Origin: Gammaproteobacteria bacterium
Lineage (GTDB): Bacteria > Pseudomonadota > Gammaproteobacteria > Pseudomonadales > UBA5518
Reading direction: 5' to 3'
Assembly (NCBI GenBank): GCA_016705365.1
Contig: JADIYI010000008.1
Coordinates: forward strand, 1,349,572-1,413,571
DNA length: 64,000 nucleotides
Part shown: piece by piece, positions 20,786 to 33,983 of the stretch
How the letters are laid out: each line of letters begins with the position of its first letter
Numbering within the stretch: the first letter of the stretch is position 1
Notes under the pieces: model-generated
Database searches by the model: none
Told to the model about the DNA's origin: nothing
Seen by the model: only the letters and a program-made list of their open reading frames with translations
Program-made: the position numbers and the translations under genes

Positions 20786-21055
20786 GTGCCGCCGATGCAA
20801 CTGCCGATTGACGAAGTGGATGCCCGTGGCATGTCCTGCCCGTTGCCCCTGCTGAAGGCCAAGAAAGCCCTCAATGCGCTGGGGCCCGGGGCGTTGCTGC
20901 GGGTGCTCGCGACCGATACCGGTTCGGTGCGTGACTTCCGCGTGTTCTGCGAGCAGAGCGGCAATGTACTGCTCGAATCCACGGAACTTGACGGCGTTTA
21001 CAGCTATCTGCTGCAGAAGCGCGCGAATTCGACCGGCGCTGCCCCCCGATGCTGA
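20786..21055 (+). CDS. TusA/SirA-family sulfurtransferase
   Basis: ARGMSCPLPLLKAKKAL CPxP motif; 89 aa. Confidence 0.8.
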   Translation: MPPMQLPIDEVDARGMSCPLPLLKAKKALNALGPGALLRVLATDTGSVRDFRVFCEQSGNVLLESTELDGVYSYLLQKRANSTGAAPRC

Positions 21056-22140
21056 AAATCGTCCAGAAGTGGGTCGATCGCTATTTCGCCGAAGAGGAAG
21101 CGGTGATCCTTCTGCTGTTGCTGCTCGGATCGCTGCTGGTCATTGCCACCATCGGCGATGTGGTGGCGCCGGTGATAGCCAGCATGGTGCTTGCGTTCAT
21201 GATGCAGGGCGTGGTCGGCCAGCTTGCGCGCCGCGGCCTGCCCGAGCCGCTGGCGCTGGGGCTCGCTTTCGCACTTTTCATCGGTGCGTTCCTGCTGTTT
21301 CTGTTGATCCTGCTGCCGCTGGCGTGGAGGCAGCTGGGCAACCTGCTCGCGGATCTGCCGCGCATGGTGGACGCGGTTCGCGACGCATTGATGCTGTTGC
21401 CGCATCGCTATCCCACGCTGATCAGCGAGAGCCAGGCAAGGGAGCTCATCGACAGCGGCAGTCGCGATATTGCCCGCCTTGGACAGAGCGCGTTTTCCTT
21501 CTCCATTGCCCACCTGCCGGGTTTCATCGGCATGGCGATCTACCTGGTAATCGTGCCGTTGCTGGTGTTTTTCTTTCTCAAGGACCGGCATGTGATTCTC
21601 GCCTGGTTTGCCGCGCTGCTGCCGGCGCGGCGGCCGCAGATGTCCCGCATCTGGCACGAAATGGATCTGCAACTGGCAAATTACGTGCGTGGCAAGGGCA
21701 TGGAGATCCTGATCGTCGGCAGCGTCTCGATCATCACCTTCATGCTGTTCGGGTTGGACTACTCGCTGCTGCTCGGATTTCTGGTCGGGTTGTCGGTGGT
21801 GATTCCCTATGTCGGCGCGGTGCTGGTGACACTGCCGGTGGCGCTGGTGGCGCTGTTTCAATGGGGGTTGAGCCCGCTGTTCGGTTACCTGATGCTGGCC
21901 TACCTGGTGATCCAGGTGCTCGATGGCAATGTACTGGTGCCGTGGCTGTTTTCCGAGGCCAACAGCCTGCACCCGATCGCGATCATCCTTGCGGTGCTCC
22001 TGTTCGGTTCCATCTGGGGAGTCTGGGGGACGTTCTTCGCCATTCCGCTCGCCACCCTGATCAAGGCCACGATGAATGCATGGCCGAGTTCACAATCCGG
22101 AGAATCGGCATTGAACCTGCCGCAGGGTCCTGCGGTCTGA
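21049..22140 (+). CDS. AI-2E family transporter (PerM/YhhT-like)
   Basis: 363 aa polytopic membrane protein; GKGMEILIVG...IPYVGAVL...HPIAIILAVLLFG pattern. Confidence 0.85.
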   Translation: MLKIVQKWVDRYFAEEEAVILLLLLLGSLLVIATIGDVVAPVIASMVLAFMMQGVVGQLARRGLPEPLALGLAFALFIGAFLLFLLILLPLAWRQLGNLLADLPRMVDAVRDALMLLPHRYPTLISESQARELIDSGSRDIARLGQSAFSFSIAHLPGFIGMAIYLVIVPLLVFFFLKDRHVILAWFAALLPARRPQMSRIWHEMDLQLANYVRGKGMEILIVGSVSIITFMLFGLDYSLLLGFLVGLSVVIPYVGAVLVTLPVALVALFQWGLSPLFGYLMLAYLVIQVLDGNVLVPWLFSEANSLHPIAIILAVLLFGSIWGVWGTFFAIPLATLIKATMNAWPSSQSGESALNLPQGPAV

Positions 22141-22168
22141 ACATTTTCTCGTTACGTTGGAGACGCTG

Positions 22169-25072
22169 ATGCAGTCTAAGCTGGTGCGCCACGCGGGGCT
22201 GGTCCTGGTGCTGGCGCTTTTGTGCGCCTGCGCAACGGTGCCGCGCAATACGGGTCCGGTCATCAAGGGTGAGCTCGATCCACGCGAATACCGTTATCTC
22301 GAACTGCCGAACCGCATGCGCGTGATCCTGGTGTCGGACCCCGCGAGTGACAAGGCGGCGGCCAGCTTGCAGGTGCGCGCCGGCAGCGGGGATGATCCCG
22401 AGGGGCGCCAGGGGCTGGCGCATTTCCTCGAGCACATGCTGTTTCTGGGCACCGGAAAATATCCGGATCCGGCGGAGTACCAGGCATTCATCAACGCCCA
22501 TGGCGGCTCCAACAACGCCTACACCTCGGTTGATCACACCAATTATTTCTTTGACGTGGAGCCGGACAGCCTGGTGCCCGCGCTGGATCGTTTCGCGCAG
22601 TTTTTTGTCGCGCCGCTGTTCAATCGCGAATATGTCGCGCGCGAGATGAACGCGGTGGATTCCGAGTACAAGCTGGGGTTGAAGGACGACGGTCGTCGCG
22701 AGTACGACGTGTTGCGCGAGCTGGTACAGCCGGGGCATCCGCTGGCAAAACTTGCGGTCGGCAACCTGCAGACGCTGGGGGAGGGGTCCGGGGATATACG
22801 GGCCGACCTGCTGGGTTTCTACGAGAAACATTACTCCGCCAACCTGATGACGCTGGTGGTGCTGGGGCGCGAATCACTCGATGAACTGTCCGCGATGGTC
22901 GAGGCGCGTTTTGCCGCAGTGCCTGACCGCGGAGCAAAGGCGCGAGAGCATGCGCCGGCGCTGTTTGCGCCGGGAACGCTGCCGCTCGAGGTACACGTCC
23001 GGCCCGAAAAGGAATTGCGGGAGCTGAGCCTGCTGTTTCCGGTCCCGTCGGCGCGCGCGATGTACGGCGCAAAGCCGCTGGAATACATCGGCAACCTGCT
23101 TGGCCACGAAGGCCCCGGCAGCGCGCTGTCGCTGCTCAAGGAGCGCGGCTGGGCCGAGGGGCTCGGAGCCGGTGCCGGATTCGACCTGTACGGCGAGGAT
23201 GCGTTTCAGATCAACGTGCAACTCACCGAAGCAGGTATCGCGCATTATCGCGAGGTGGCAGGCCTCGTGTTTGCCTCGATCGACCTGCTGCGCGATCAGG
23301 GCGTGGCGGAGTGGCGCTTTCGCGAACAAGGCAGCCTGGGAGAGCTGGATTTCCGTTTTCGGGAGAAGGGCAGTCCTACCGGAGCGGTGATCGGCATTGC
23401 CAATGCGCTGCAGGATTACCCGGTCGCGGAAGTCTTGCGTGGCCCGTACCTGTTTCGCGATTACGACAGTGCGCTGATTGCGCGCTACCTGGGTTATCTG
23501 CGCCCGGACAACGTGTTGTTGACGCTGACGCATCCCGGTATCGCCACGGATCGCGTGAGCGCCTGGTTCCAGACACCCTACAGCGTGAGCCGCCCGCAGC
23601 TGGCGGAAGTCGCGGCGGACGTTGCCGGTCGCGCCGCGCTGACCCTGCCGAAGCCGAACGAATTCATCCCCGGGAGGTTGGCGATCAAGGCGCCGGGCGC
23701 GGCTGTCGGTCGTCCCGAGGCCGTGGTGGAGCAGCCCGATTACCGGTTGTGGCACCTCCAGGACGCGCAGTTCCTGGCGCCCAAGGCTTCGATTTTCTTC
23801 CGCGTGTTGTCGGATACGGCAAACGCATCGGCGCGCAATGCCGCGCTCATGGCGCTCTATACCCGGCTGGTCGAGGATCAGTTGAACGAGTTTGCCTACC
23901 CGGCAACGCTGGCCGGATTGCAATACAGCATCGCACCGAGCAGCGGCGGATTCAGCGTCAGGATCGGCGGTTATGACGACAAGCAGGTGGTGCTGCTGGA
24001 GAAAATCCTGCATGCATTGCGCGAGCAGCAGTTCGATGGAACGCGTTTCGAGGCGCTCAAGACGGAGTTGCTGCGCAGTTGGGGCAACAGCGTGCGCGAG
24101 CGACCCTATGTCCAGCTGCTCGATGGCCTGGGCGAGTCGCTGGTGAAGCGGAACTGGTCCGATGCCGAGTTGCAGGCCGCGCTCGCCCCCGAGGACGCGG
24201 CGGCATTGGCCGGGCTGACCCGGCAAATGTACCAGCGGGCCGCGCTGGAGGTGCTGGTTCACGGCAATTTCGGGCGCGACGAGGCGAAGCGCATCGGTTC
24301 GCTGGTCTACTCCGCGCTGCGTTCCGGCACCCACACGCCGGCGCAACCGGCGCCGGTCGAGATCGTCGCCCTGGGGCGGGGGCAGCAGGTGCGCGAGTTC
24401 AAGGTCGATCACCCCGACTCGGCCCTGCTGTTCTACCTCCAGGGCGGTGCCGCGAGTTATGCCGAGCGCGCGCGTATCGCGCTCAGCGCACAGATCGTCA
24501 GTGCGCCCTTTTTCAATGAACTGCGCACCGAGAAGCAACTCGGCTATGTGGTGTTCGCACAGCCCTATCCGCTGTTCCGGGTGCCGGGCCTGCTGCTGGC
24601 GGTACAGTCCCCCGGCAGCGGGCCGGTTGCATTGACGGCGGCCGTCACTTCCTTCCTGAAACACCAGGCGCAGACGGCGGCCGATTTGCCGCAGGCGGAA
24701 TTCGAGAGGCACCGGCGCGCGCTGGTCGATCGCCTGAACGAGTCGGCGAAATCGCTGGCCGAGCAAAGCGACCGGCTGTGGGCTGATCTGTCGCTCGGCG
24801 CCTACGGATTCGACGACCGGGCGCGGGTAGCCGCCGAGGTGGAGCGTATCGACAGGCAGCAGTGGGTCGATTACTTCCGGGCCAATCTGGACGGAGCCGC
24901 GGGCCGCGCGATGGTGCTTTACAGTCGCGGCAGCGCGCAGGCTCCGGGCGCTGCGCAGACCGTTCCGGGGCATGCAGTGACCGGCGCCGATCGCTGGCGT
25001 GACGATGCCAAATACTACCGTTTTGACTGGAGCGCCGCAGTGCAAGAATCACCTGCGGCACTACACTTGTAG
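22169..25072 (+). CDS. M16 (insulinase/pitrilysin-like) zinc peptidase, probable lipoprotein
   Basis: HFLEHMLFLGT inverted zinc motif (HxxEH); N-terminal LVLALLCAC signal; ATG at 22169 after GGAGA. Confidence 0.88.
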   Translation: MQSKLVRHAGLVLVLALLCACATVPRNTGPVIKGELDPREYRYLELPNRMRVILVSDPASDKAAASLQVRAGSGDDPEGRQGLAHFLEHMLFLGTGKYPDPAEYQAFINAHGGSNNAYTSVDHTNYFFDVEPDSLVPALDRFAQFFVAPLFNREYVAREMNAVDSEYKLGLKDDGRREYDVLRELVQPGHPLAKLAVGNLQTLGEGSGDIRADLLGFYEKHYSANLMTLVVLGRESLDELSAMVEARFAAVPDRGAKAREHAPALFAPGTLPLEVHVRPEKELRELSLLFPVPSARAMYGAKPLEYIGNLLGHEGPGSALSLLKERGWAEGLGAGAGFDLYGEDAFQINVQLTEAGIAHYREVAGLVFASIDLLRDQGVAEWRFREQGSLGELDFRFREKGSPTGAVIGIANALQDYPVAEVLRGPYLFRDYDSALIARYLGYLRPDNVLLTLTHPGIATDRVSAWFQTPYSVSRPQLAEVAADVAGRAALTLPKPNEFIPGRLAIKAPGAAVGRPEAVVEQPDYRLWHLQDAQFLAPKASIFFRVLSDTANASARNAALMALYTRLVEDQLNEFAYPATLAGLQYSIAPSSGGFSVRIGGYDDKQVVLLEKILHALREQQFDGTRFEALKTELLRSWGNSVRERPYVQLLDGLGESLVKRNWSDAELQAALAPEDAAALAGLTRQMYQRAALEVLVHGNFGRDEAKRIGSLVYSALRSGTHTPAQPAPVEIVALGRGQQVREFKVDHPDSALLFYLQGGAASYAERARIALSAQIVSAPFFNELRTEKQLGYVVFAQPYPLFRVPGLLLAVQSPGSGPVALTAAVTSFLKHQAQTAADLPQAEFERHRRALVDRLNESAKSLAEQSDRLWADLSLGAYGFDDRARVAAEVERIDRQQWVDYFRANLDGAAGRAMVLYSRGSAQAPGAAQTVPGHAVTGADRWRDDAKYYRFDWSAAVQESPAALHL

Positions 25073-25103
25073 CCATGCCCTCCGAGAGCAGGTAGCACGT
25101 CAT

Positions 25104-26270
25104 ATGCTGAACAAGACGGCGCTCATTGTTGATGATTCGCGCACTGCCAGCCAGATGCTGCGACTCATGCTCGAGCGCGAGGAGTTCCAGGTCGACGTGC
25201 TGGGAAATGCCGAAGCCGCGATCGGTTATCTGCGCGATCATCGGCCCGGCATCATATTCATGGATCACCTGATGCCTGGCATGGACGGATTCCAGGCGGT
25301 CAAGGAAATCAAGAGCACGGTCGCAACCTCGACCATTCCGATCGTGATGTACACGGCCAAGTCCGGTGAGCTCTATGTCGGACAGGCGCATGCGCTCGGC
25401 GCGGTCGATATCCTGCCCAAGCCCCCCACGCGTGAAACCCTGCGCGCCGTATTCCGGCGTATCGACGAGCGTGTGGAGGCCGCCAACGAGCCGGCGCCGG
25501 AGCCGGTCGTCGAGATCGTTGCACGCGCGCCAGCGCAGCCACCGGCCCTCGAGGCAGTAGTGGTCGCGGATGATGTCGAATTCGCCGCCGCCGACGTGGC
25601 GCACCCGCATAACGCCGAGCGCGGTACCGTGGTGCCGGCGCCGGGCCCGGATTTCCTGCGCGACGTGACCGGGGAGTCCGAGGACACCGGCTCTTCGTGG
25701 CAACGCGTCTCGTGGTGGCTGGCGGCGGCCGCGGCGGCGGCGTCATTTGTGCTTGGCACGCAGTTTTCCGCCCGGGAATCCGCGGACAGCCCCTATTTGC
25801 GCACCCTGTCGTGGGCGTTGAGCGAGAGCTTCCGTTACCCCTACGAGGAGGCACCGTTCGCGGGTGAGCGGGTCGAGCGGATTCGCACCCTGGTGGAACA
25901 TCTCGCGCAGGCCGGGTTCAAGGGCACGCTGAGGCTGGAAGGCAACGCGGGACAGTTTTGCCTGGTTGCGGCTTCCGGCGGCTGGCGGGTAGCGGATGCG
26001 GCGCTGCCGATAGAGTCCTGCGAAATGATCGGCCTCAGCCCGCAGGAAGCGCGTCAGGCCAGCGGGCGCCAGTCGGCGGAATTCCGCGAGTTGCTGCAGA
26101 AATTGCCGCTGCTCGCCGGCCCGGATATCAGGCTGGAAATCGAGGCGCTCGGCGATCGCAACCCGTATCGACCTTATCCACCGCACGACCAGGTCGCATC
26201 GGCAGGCGACTGGAACCGTATTGCGGCGGAAAACAATCGCATCACGGTCAGCGTGACGCCGCGTTCCTGA
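25104..26270 (+). CDS. response regulator receiver protein with a TM segment and an uncharacterised C-terminal domain
   Basis: REC domain (ALIVDDS...FMDHLMPGMDG...PIVMYTAK). Pro/Ala linker, hydrophobic WWLAAAAAAASFVLG, then ~190 aa of no recognised family. Confidence 0.75.
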   Translation: MLNKTALIVDDSRTASQMLRLMLEREEFQVDVLGNAEAAIGYLRDHRPGIIFMDHLMPGMDGFQAVKEIKSTVATSTIPIVMYTAKSGELYVGQAHALGAVDILPKPPTRETLRAVFRRIDERVEAANEPAPEPVVEIVARAPAQPPALEAVVVADDVEFAAADVAHPHNAERGTVVPAPGPDFLRDVTGESEDTGSSWQRVSWWLAAAAAAASFVLGTQFSARESADSPYLRTLSWALSESFRYPYEEAPFAGERVERIRTLVEHLAQAGFKGTLRLEGNAGQFCLVAASGGWRVADAALPIESCEMIGLSPQEARQASGRQSAEFRELLQKLPLLAGPDIRLEIEALGDRNPYRPYPPHDQVASAGDWNRIAAENNRITVSVTPRS

Positions 26271-26418
26271 TCCCGGCCTGTGTATTGCGGCGTCTGTTGG
26301 CGCCCGGCTGCAGCAGTTGTAGAGTACACGCATCCAATTGTCATTGCAGTCTATTAACGATGACCGATCGGTTAACATTGACCGCTCGACCGATGCCGCA
26401 AATTGCAGGGGAGTTTTC

Positions 26419-29070
<2,652 letters not shown>

Positions 29071-29112
29071 ACGGATGAGTCGCCGGGCAGGCGCCGCGAG
29101 AAGGAAGCGAGT

Positions 29113-30774
29113 GTGAAACAGCAGGCCGTAACAGTTCCCGATCTGGGCGGCGCCGATGATGTCGAAGTCATCGAGGTCGTGGTTGCCGACGGAGCGTCGG
29201 TCAGCCCCTAGCAGACCCTGATCGTCGTCGAATCCGACAAGGCGTCAATGGAAATACCCGCGCCCGGCGCGGGTATCGTTCGCGGCATCACGGTGAAGGT
29301 CGGTGACCGGGTGCGCCAGGGCGACACGATCCTGATGCTGGAATCCGTATCCGGGTCGGCCCCCGTGCCGGCGGCTTCTGCCGCGGAACCGGTTCCGGAG
29401 CCAGTGGCGAGCGCGGGACCGGCGCTTGCGTCCGTTGCACCCGCGCCGGAAATTGTGCAACCCGCAGCACCTGGCACCGGTGCCGGGCGTGATATGGCGC
29501 TGACGATTCCGGATCTGGGCGGTGCCAGCAGCGTCGAAGTGATCGAGCTGGCGGTGCATGTCGGCGACCAGGTGGCGGAAGGCGCGCCATTGCTGGTGCT
29601 CGAAGGCGACAAGGCCTCGATGGAATTGCCGGCGCCGGCTGCCGGCACGGTGCTGGCTCTCGAGGTGAAGGTCGGTTCCCGGGTGCAGGGCGGTCAATCC
29701 ATCGGCGTTCTGCGCGTGGCCGCGGCAAGTGCCGCCGCGCCCGCCGCCACGAACGCGCCACCGGTGGCACCGGTCGCCGCCAGTGAGAGCGATACCGTAA
29801 CCGGGATCAATCGAGTGCTGGAAAAGGAGCAGCGGCATGCTGCGGCGCAACCGCTCGAGCGGGCGTCGGCCAAAGGCAACATGGTCTATGCCGGCCCGGC
29901 AGTACGCCAGCTCGCGCGCGAGCTTGGCGTCACGCTCGCCGGGGTCGCGGGCACCGGACCCAAGGGGCGGATCCTCAAGGAGGATGTGCAGTCCTGGGTC
30001 AAGACACGGCTCGCCGCCGCACCTGCGAGCGCGGCCACCGCGCTGCCATCGATACCGGAGGTGGATTTCGCCGCATTCGGACCGGTCGAAACCGTGGCCC
30101 TGAGCAATTTCCAGAAGGCGACCGTCGGCAACATGCTGCGCAGCTGGCTCAACGTGCCGCATGTGACGCAGTTCGATTTTGCCGATGTCACCGACCTGGA
30201 GGCCTTCCGCTCCGGTCTCAAGCCCGAGATGCAGCAGCGCAACAACAAGCTCACACCGCTGGCGTTCCTGCTGGTCGCGGTGGCGCGCGCGTTGCGTGAA
30301 CATCCCCGCTTCAATGCCTCGCTGCACCCCGATGGCGCGCAGCTGGTGTTCAAGCAATACGTACATGTCGGTATTGCGGTGGACACACCGCAGGGGCTGG
30401 CGGTTCCGGTGATTCGCGACGTGAATACCAAGAGCATGTGGGAACTCGCCGCCGAGGCCCGCGAACTTGCGGAAAAGGCGCGCAACCGCAAACTGAAGCT
30501 GATCGATATGCAAGGTTCGTGCTTCACGATTTCGAGCCTCGGCAATATCGGTGGCGAGGGTTTCACGCCGATCGTGAACGCCCCCGAGGTCGCGATCCTC
30601 GGTGTCTCGAAGCTCGCGGTGCGCCCGGTCTGGAGCGGCACGGAATTCCTGCCGCGCAAGACCTTGCCGCTGTCGCTGTCCTATGATCATCGGGTGATCA
30701 ACGGTGCCGATGCCGGACAGTTCATGAGCTCGCTCGTGGCCATGCTGGCCGATATCCGGCGCTTGCTTCTGTGA
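29113..30774 (+). CDS. aceF: dihydrolipoyllysine-residue acetyltransferase (PDH E2), interrupted by an in-frame TAG at 29209-29211
   Basis: GTG at 29113 after AAGGAAG. Lipoyl domain 1 reads VTVPDLGG...[19 protein letters not shown]; intact lipoyl domain 2 (LVLEGDKASMELP); E3-binding domain; DHRVINGA catalytic motif. Confidence 0.85.
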
Positions 30775-30833
30775 GCGCTCATCCGCGCGCAGGCAGGCGC
30801 GTCCACCAGACAGCGCCGCGGAGCTGAAGCACG

Positions 30834-31889
30834 ATGACACGACTGACGACAGCGGATATCACGCCGGCGCGCCTCAGTGAATTTCACGCGCTGGAGCCGA
30901 TACCGGAGGAGCGGCGCGGCGCGCTGCTGCAGCAAGCGCAGATCCGCCGGCTCGGCCCGGGCGAGGTATTGCTGAGGGCGCGCATGCCTGCCGATACCAG
31001 CCTGTTCCTGATCCAGGGCGAGTTCGAGGTGCAGGAGTCCGCGAGCGTGCGCTACAAGCTCTACGCCGGTGGCGCTCAGGCCCGCCATGCACTCGAAGAG
31101 CGGCTTGGGGCGAGCGCCTCGTTGCGCGCGATCGGCGAGGTGAGCATGCTTGCGATCGAGCGCAGGCTCATCGAAGAGGCGATAAGCAACCGGGACCAGG
31201 AGGCTTTCACGATCGAGTACGCACCGGTCAGCATCCGCGAGGCGCCGAGGGTCGAGAAAAAAACCGTCGAGGACTGGAGCACGCGACTGCGCAATTCCAC
31301 GTTGCTGAGCGCGATGCCTGCGGCCGATGTGCTGCGTTTTTTCATGGAACTCGAGCGCGTCGAGCTCCGTGCCGGTGACGATATCGTCAACGTCGGCGGC
31401 CGCAACGACTATTTCCACGTCCTGTTCGAGGGCTCTGCCGAGTTGTCGGGCGATCCGGCAGGCATTGGCGCGGCGCTCGAACTGGTGCCGGGCAGTCATT
31501 TCGGCGCGGAGGCGATGATCGGCGGCACGCCGAGCAATGTCACGGTACGCATGAAAACCGCCGGAGCGCTCGGCCGGCTCGGCAAGCAGCAATTCGACCG
31601 GATCCTGCGCCCGGTGCTGGTTCCTGTCGCCGATCCGGATACTGCAGCGGGCTTGCTCGACGATTCCGGCATGCGCTGCGAGTTGCTCGATATCCGCCCG
31701 GCGCAGGAGTCCGCGGGCGCTCGGCGCGACGGAGCACTCGGGCTGTCCGTCGAGTCGTTGCGCGATTCACTCCACCAGCTTGCTGCCGGATCGACTTTCC
31801 TGGTTGCTCCCGAAGGGGGGCAGCACGCCGAGCTGGGAGTGTTTCTGCTGCGCCAGGCCGGCCGCGACGCCTACCTGCTGAGCGATTAG
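30834..31889 (+). CDS. protein with two cyclic-nucleotide-binding-like domains and a C-terminal rhodanese-like (Cys-less) region
   Basis: Two cNMP-like beta-barrel segments ([24 protein letters not shown]; [24 protein letters not shown]). The tail [10 protein letters not shown]...FLVAPEGG resembles rhodanese but lacks the active-site Cys. Confidence 0.65.
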   Translation: MTRLTTADITPARLSEFHALEPIPEERRGALLQQAQIRRLGPGEVLLRARMPADTSLFLIQGEFEVQESASVRYKLYAGGAQARHALEERLGASASLRAIGEVSMLAIERRLIEEAISNRDQEAFTIEYAPVSIREAPRVEKKTVEDWSTRLRNSTLLSAMPAADVLRFFMELERVELRAGDDIVNVGGRNDYFHVLFEGSAELSGDPAGIGAALELVPGSHFGAEAMIGGTPSNVTVRMKTAGALGRLGKQQFDRILRPVLVPVADPDTAAGLLDDSGMRCELLDIRPAQESAGARRDGALGLSVESLRDSLHQLAAGSTFLVAPEGGQHAELGVFLLRQAGRDAYLLSD

Positions 31890-31959
31890 CTCGTGTCGTG
31901 GCCGTGCGCCAAACCGGTATAATGCGCGCCCCGAACCCGTCTCGAAACAGGACCGCTCG

Positions 31960-33153
31960 ATGATCATCAAGCCAAAAGTGCGTGGATTCATGTGCATCAC
32001 CGCGCATCCCGCCGGATGTGCGGCAAGCGTGGCGCAGCAGATTGCCCATGTGCGCTCCAATGGCCCGATTCCCGATGCGCCGAAGCGGGTGCTGGTGATC
32101 GGCGCCTCCACCGGCTACGGACTCGCCTCGCGGATCACGGCTGCGTTTGGCGGCGGTGCGGCAACGGTGGGGGTTTTCTTCGAGAAGGAAGGCACCGAGG
32201 GCAAATGCGGCACTGCGGGCTGGTACAACTCCGCGGCCTTCCACCAGCAAGCCGCAGCCGCGGGGCTCCCGGCATGGAGCGTGAATGGGGATGCCTTTTC
32301 CACCGGGATCAAGGACCGCACGGTGGACCTGGTGCGGCGCGAACTCGGCGAGGTGGACCTGGTGATTTACAGCCTGGCCTCGCCGCGACGCACCCATCCG
32401 CTGACCGGCGTGACCCATAAATCGACGCTGAAGCCGATTGGCAAGCGAGTCGAGGAGCGCACCCTCGACACCGACCGGCGCGAGATCAAACAGGTCGTGC
32501 TGGAGGCCGCCAGCGACGAGGAAATCGCCGATACCGTCGCGGTGATGGGCGGCGAGGACTGGGAGATGTGGATCGATCGCCTCGGCGCGGAAGGCCTGCT
32601 CGCGCCGGGCGCGCGCACCACGGCGTATACCTACCTGGGGGATCGCATCACCTGGTCGATCTACTGGGATGGCACCATCGGCGCCGCCAAGAAGGATCTC
32701 GACACCACCGCCCTCAGGCTAAACCGCAAGCTCGCCGCGAGTGGCGGCAAGGCCTATGTGTCGGTGCTGAAGGCGGTTGTCACGCAGGCGAGTTCCGCCA
32801 TTCCGATCATGCCGCTCTACCTGGCGTTGCTCTTTCGGGTGATGAAGGCGCGCGGTACCCACGAGGGATGCATCGAGCAGATCGACGGCTTGTTCCGTTC
32901 GGCGCTGCTGGTCGATTCCCCGAGCCTCGATGACAGCGGGCGCCTGCGCATGGATGGCAAGGAACTTGTGCCGGAGGTGCAGCGCGAGGTAGAGCGTCTG
33001 TGGCCGCTGGTGGAAAGCGGGAACCTCGACGAGCTGACGGATTTCGCGGGTTACCAGGCCGAGTTCCTGCACCTGTTCGGTTTCGGATTTGCCGGCGTTG
33101 ACTACGATGCCGATGTGGATACGGTCACGCCGACCGCGAACCTGGTGTCATGA
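31960..33153 (+). CDS. fabV: enoyl-[acyl-carrier-protein] reductase FabV (trans-2-enoyl-CoA reductase family)
   Basis: [20 protein letters not shown]...[17 protein letters not shown]-terminus is diagnostic. Confidence 0.9.
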   Translation: MIIKPKVRGFMCITAHPAGCAASVAQQIAHVRSNGPIPDAPKRVLVIGASTGYGLASRITAAFGGGAATVGVFFEKEGTEGKCGTAGWYNSAAFHQQAAAAGLPAWSVNGDAFSTGIKDRTVDLVRRELGEVDLVIYSLASPRRTHPLTGVTHKSTLKPIGKRVEERTLDTDRREIKQVVLEAASDEEIADTVAVMGGEDWEMWIDRLGAEGLLAPGARTTAYTYLGDRITWSIYWDGTIGAAKKDLDTTALRLNRKLAASGGKAYVSVLKAVVTQASSAIPIMPLYLALLFRVMKARGTHEGCIEQIDGLFRSALLVDSPSLDDSGRLRMDGKELVPEVQREVERLWPLVESGNLDELTDFAGYQAEFLHLFGFGFAGVDYDADVDTVTPTANLVS

Positions 33154-33983
33154 TCACGCTCGAACCCGGGCGCGTCAGCGAACTCTCGGCACGGGTAAGG
33201 CGCATCATCGCCCCGAACCCGGGAGTGATGACCGGCCCGGGAACCAACAGCTACCTGCTCGGGCGCGAGCAGATCGCTGTTGTCGATCCGGGGCCCGATG
33301 ATACGGCGCACCTCGATGCGATCATCGCCGCCGGAGAAGGACGCATCCGCTGGATCGTGGTCACCCACACCCACGAGGATCATTCGCCAGCTGCCGCGCC
33401 GCTGGCGCGCGCCACTGGCGCCGAGCTGTGGGGCGCCGCGGCACCGGATGATTTTTACCAGGATCACAGCTTCGTGCCCGATGTGGCACTGGCGGAATAC
33501 AGCTGCCTGCGGACCGCGGAGTTCACCCTGCGCGCGATCCACACCCCCGGACACGTGAGCAATCACTACTGCCTGCTGCTCGAGGAAGAAGGCATGTTGT
33601 TCACCGGCGACCACATCATGAACGGCTCCACCGTGGTGATCATTCCGCCGAGCGGCGACATGAAGGAATATCTCGATTCGCTGGAAAAGCTCAAGGCCTG
33701 TCCGTTGCGGCATCTCGCGCCGGGGCACGGCGAGTTGATGCCCGAGCCGTTCGCGGCTATCGAGGCATTGATCGCGCATCGTCTGAAGCGCGAGGCCAAG
33801 GTAGCGAAGGTGTTGGCCGCGGGCGCCGGCACGCTCGATGAGCTGGTGCTGCGAGCCTATGACGATGTGCCCGTCGCAATGCACCCGATGGCGAAATACT
33901 CGCTGTGGGCGCACCTGTTGAAGCTGGAGCGCGAGGCGCGCGCGCAGTGTCGCGATGAGCGCTGGAGCATCGCGGGACGATAG
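33150..33983 (+). CDS. MBL-fold metallo-hydrolase
   Basis: [13 protein letters not shown] (HxHxDH) motif; 277 aa. Confidence 0.8.
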   Translation: MITLEPGRVSELSARVRRIIAPNPGVMTGPGTNSYLLGREQIAVVDPGPDDTAHLDAIIAAGEGRIRWIVVTHTHEDHSPAAAPLARATGAELWGAAAPDDFYQDHSFVPDVALAEYSCLRTAEFTLRAIHTPGHVSNHYCLLLEEEGMLFTGDHIMNGSTVVIIPPSGDMKEYLDSLEKLKACPLRHLAPGHGELMPEPFAAIEALIAHRLKREAKVAKVLAAGAGTLDELVLRAYDDVPVAMHPMAKYSLWAHLLKLEREARAQCRDERWSIAGR

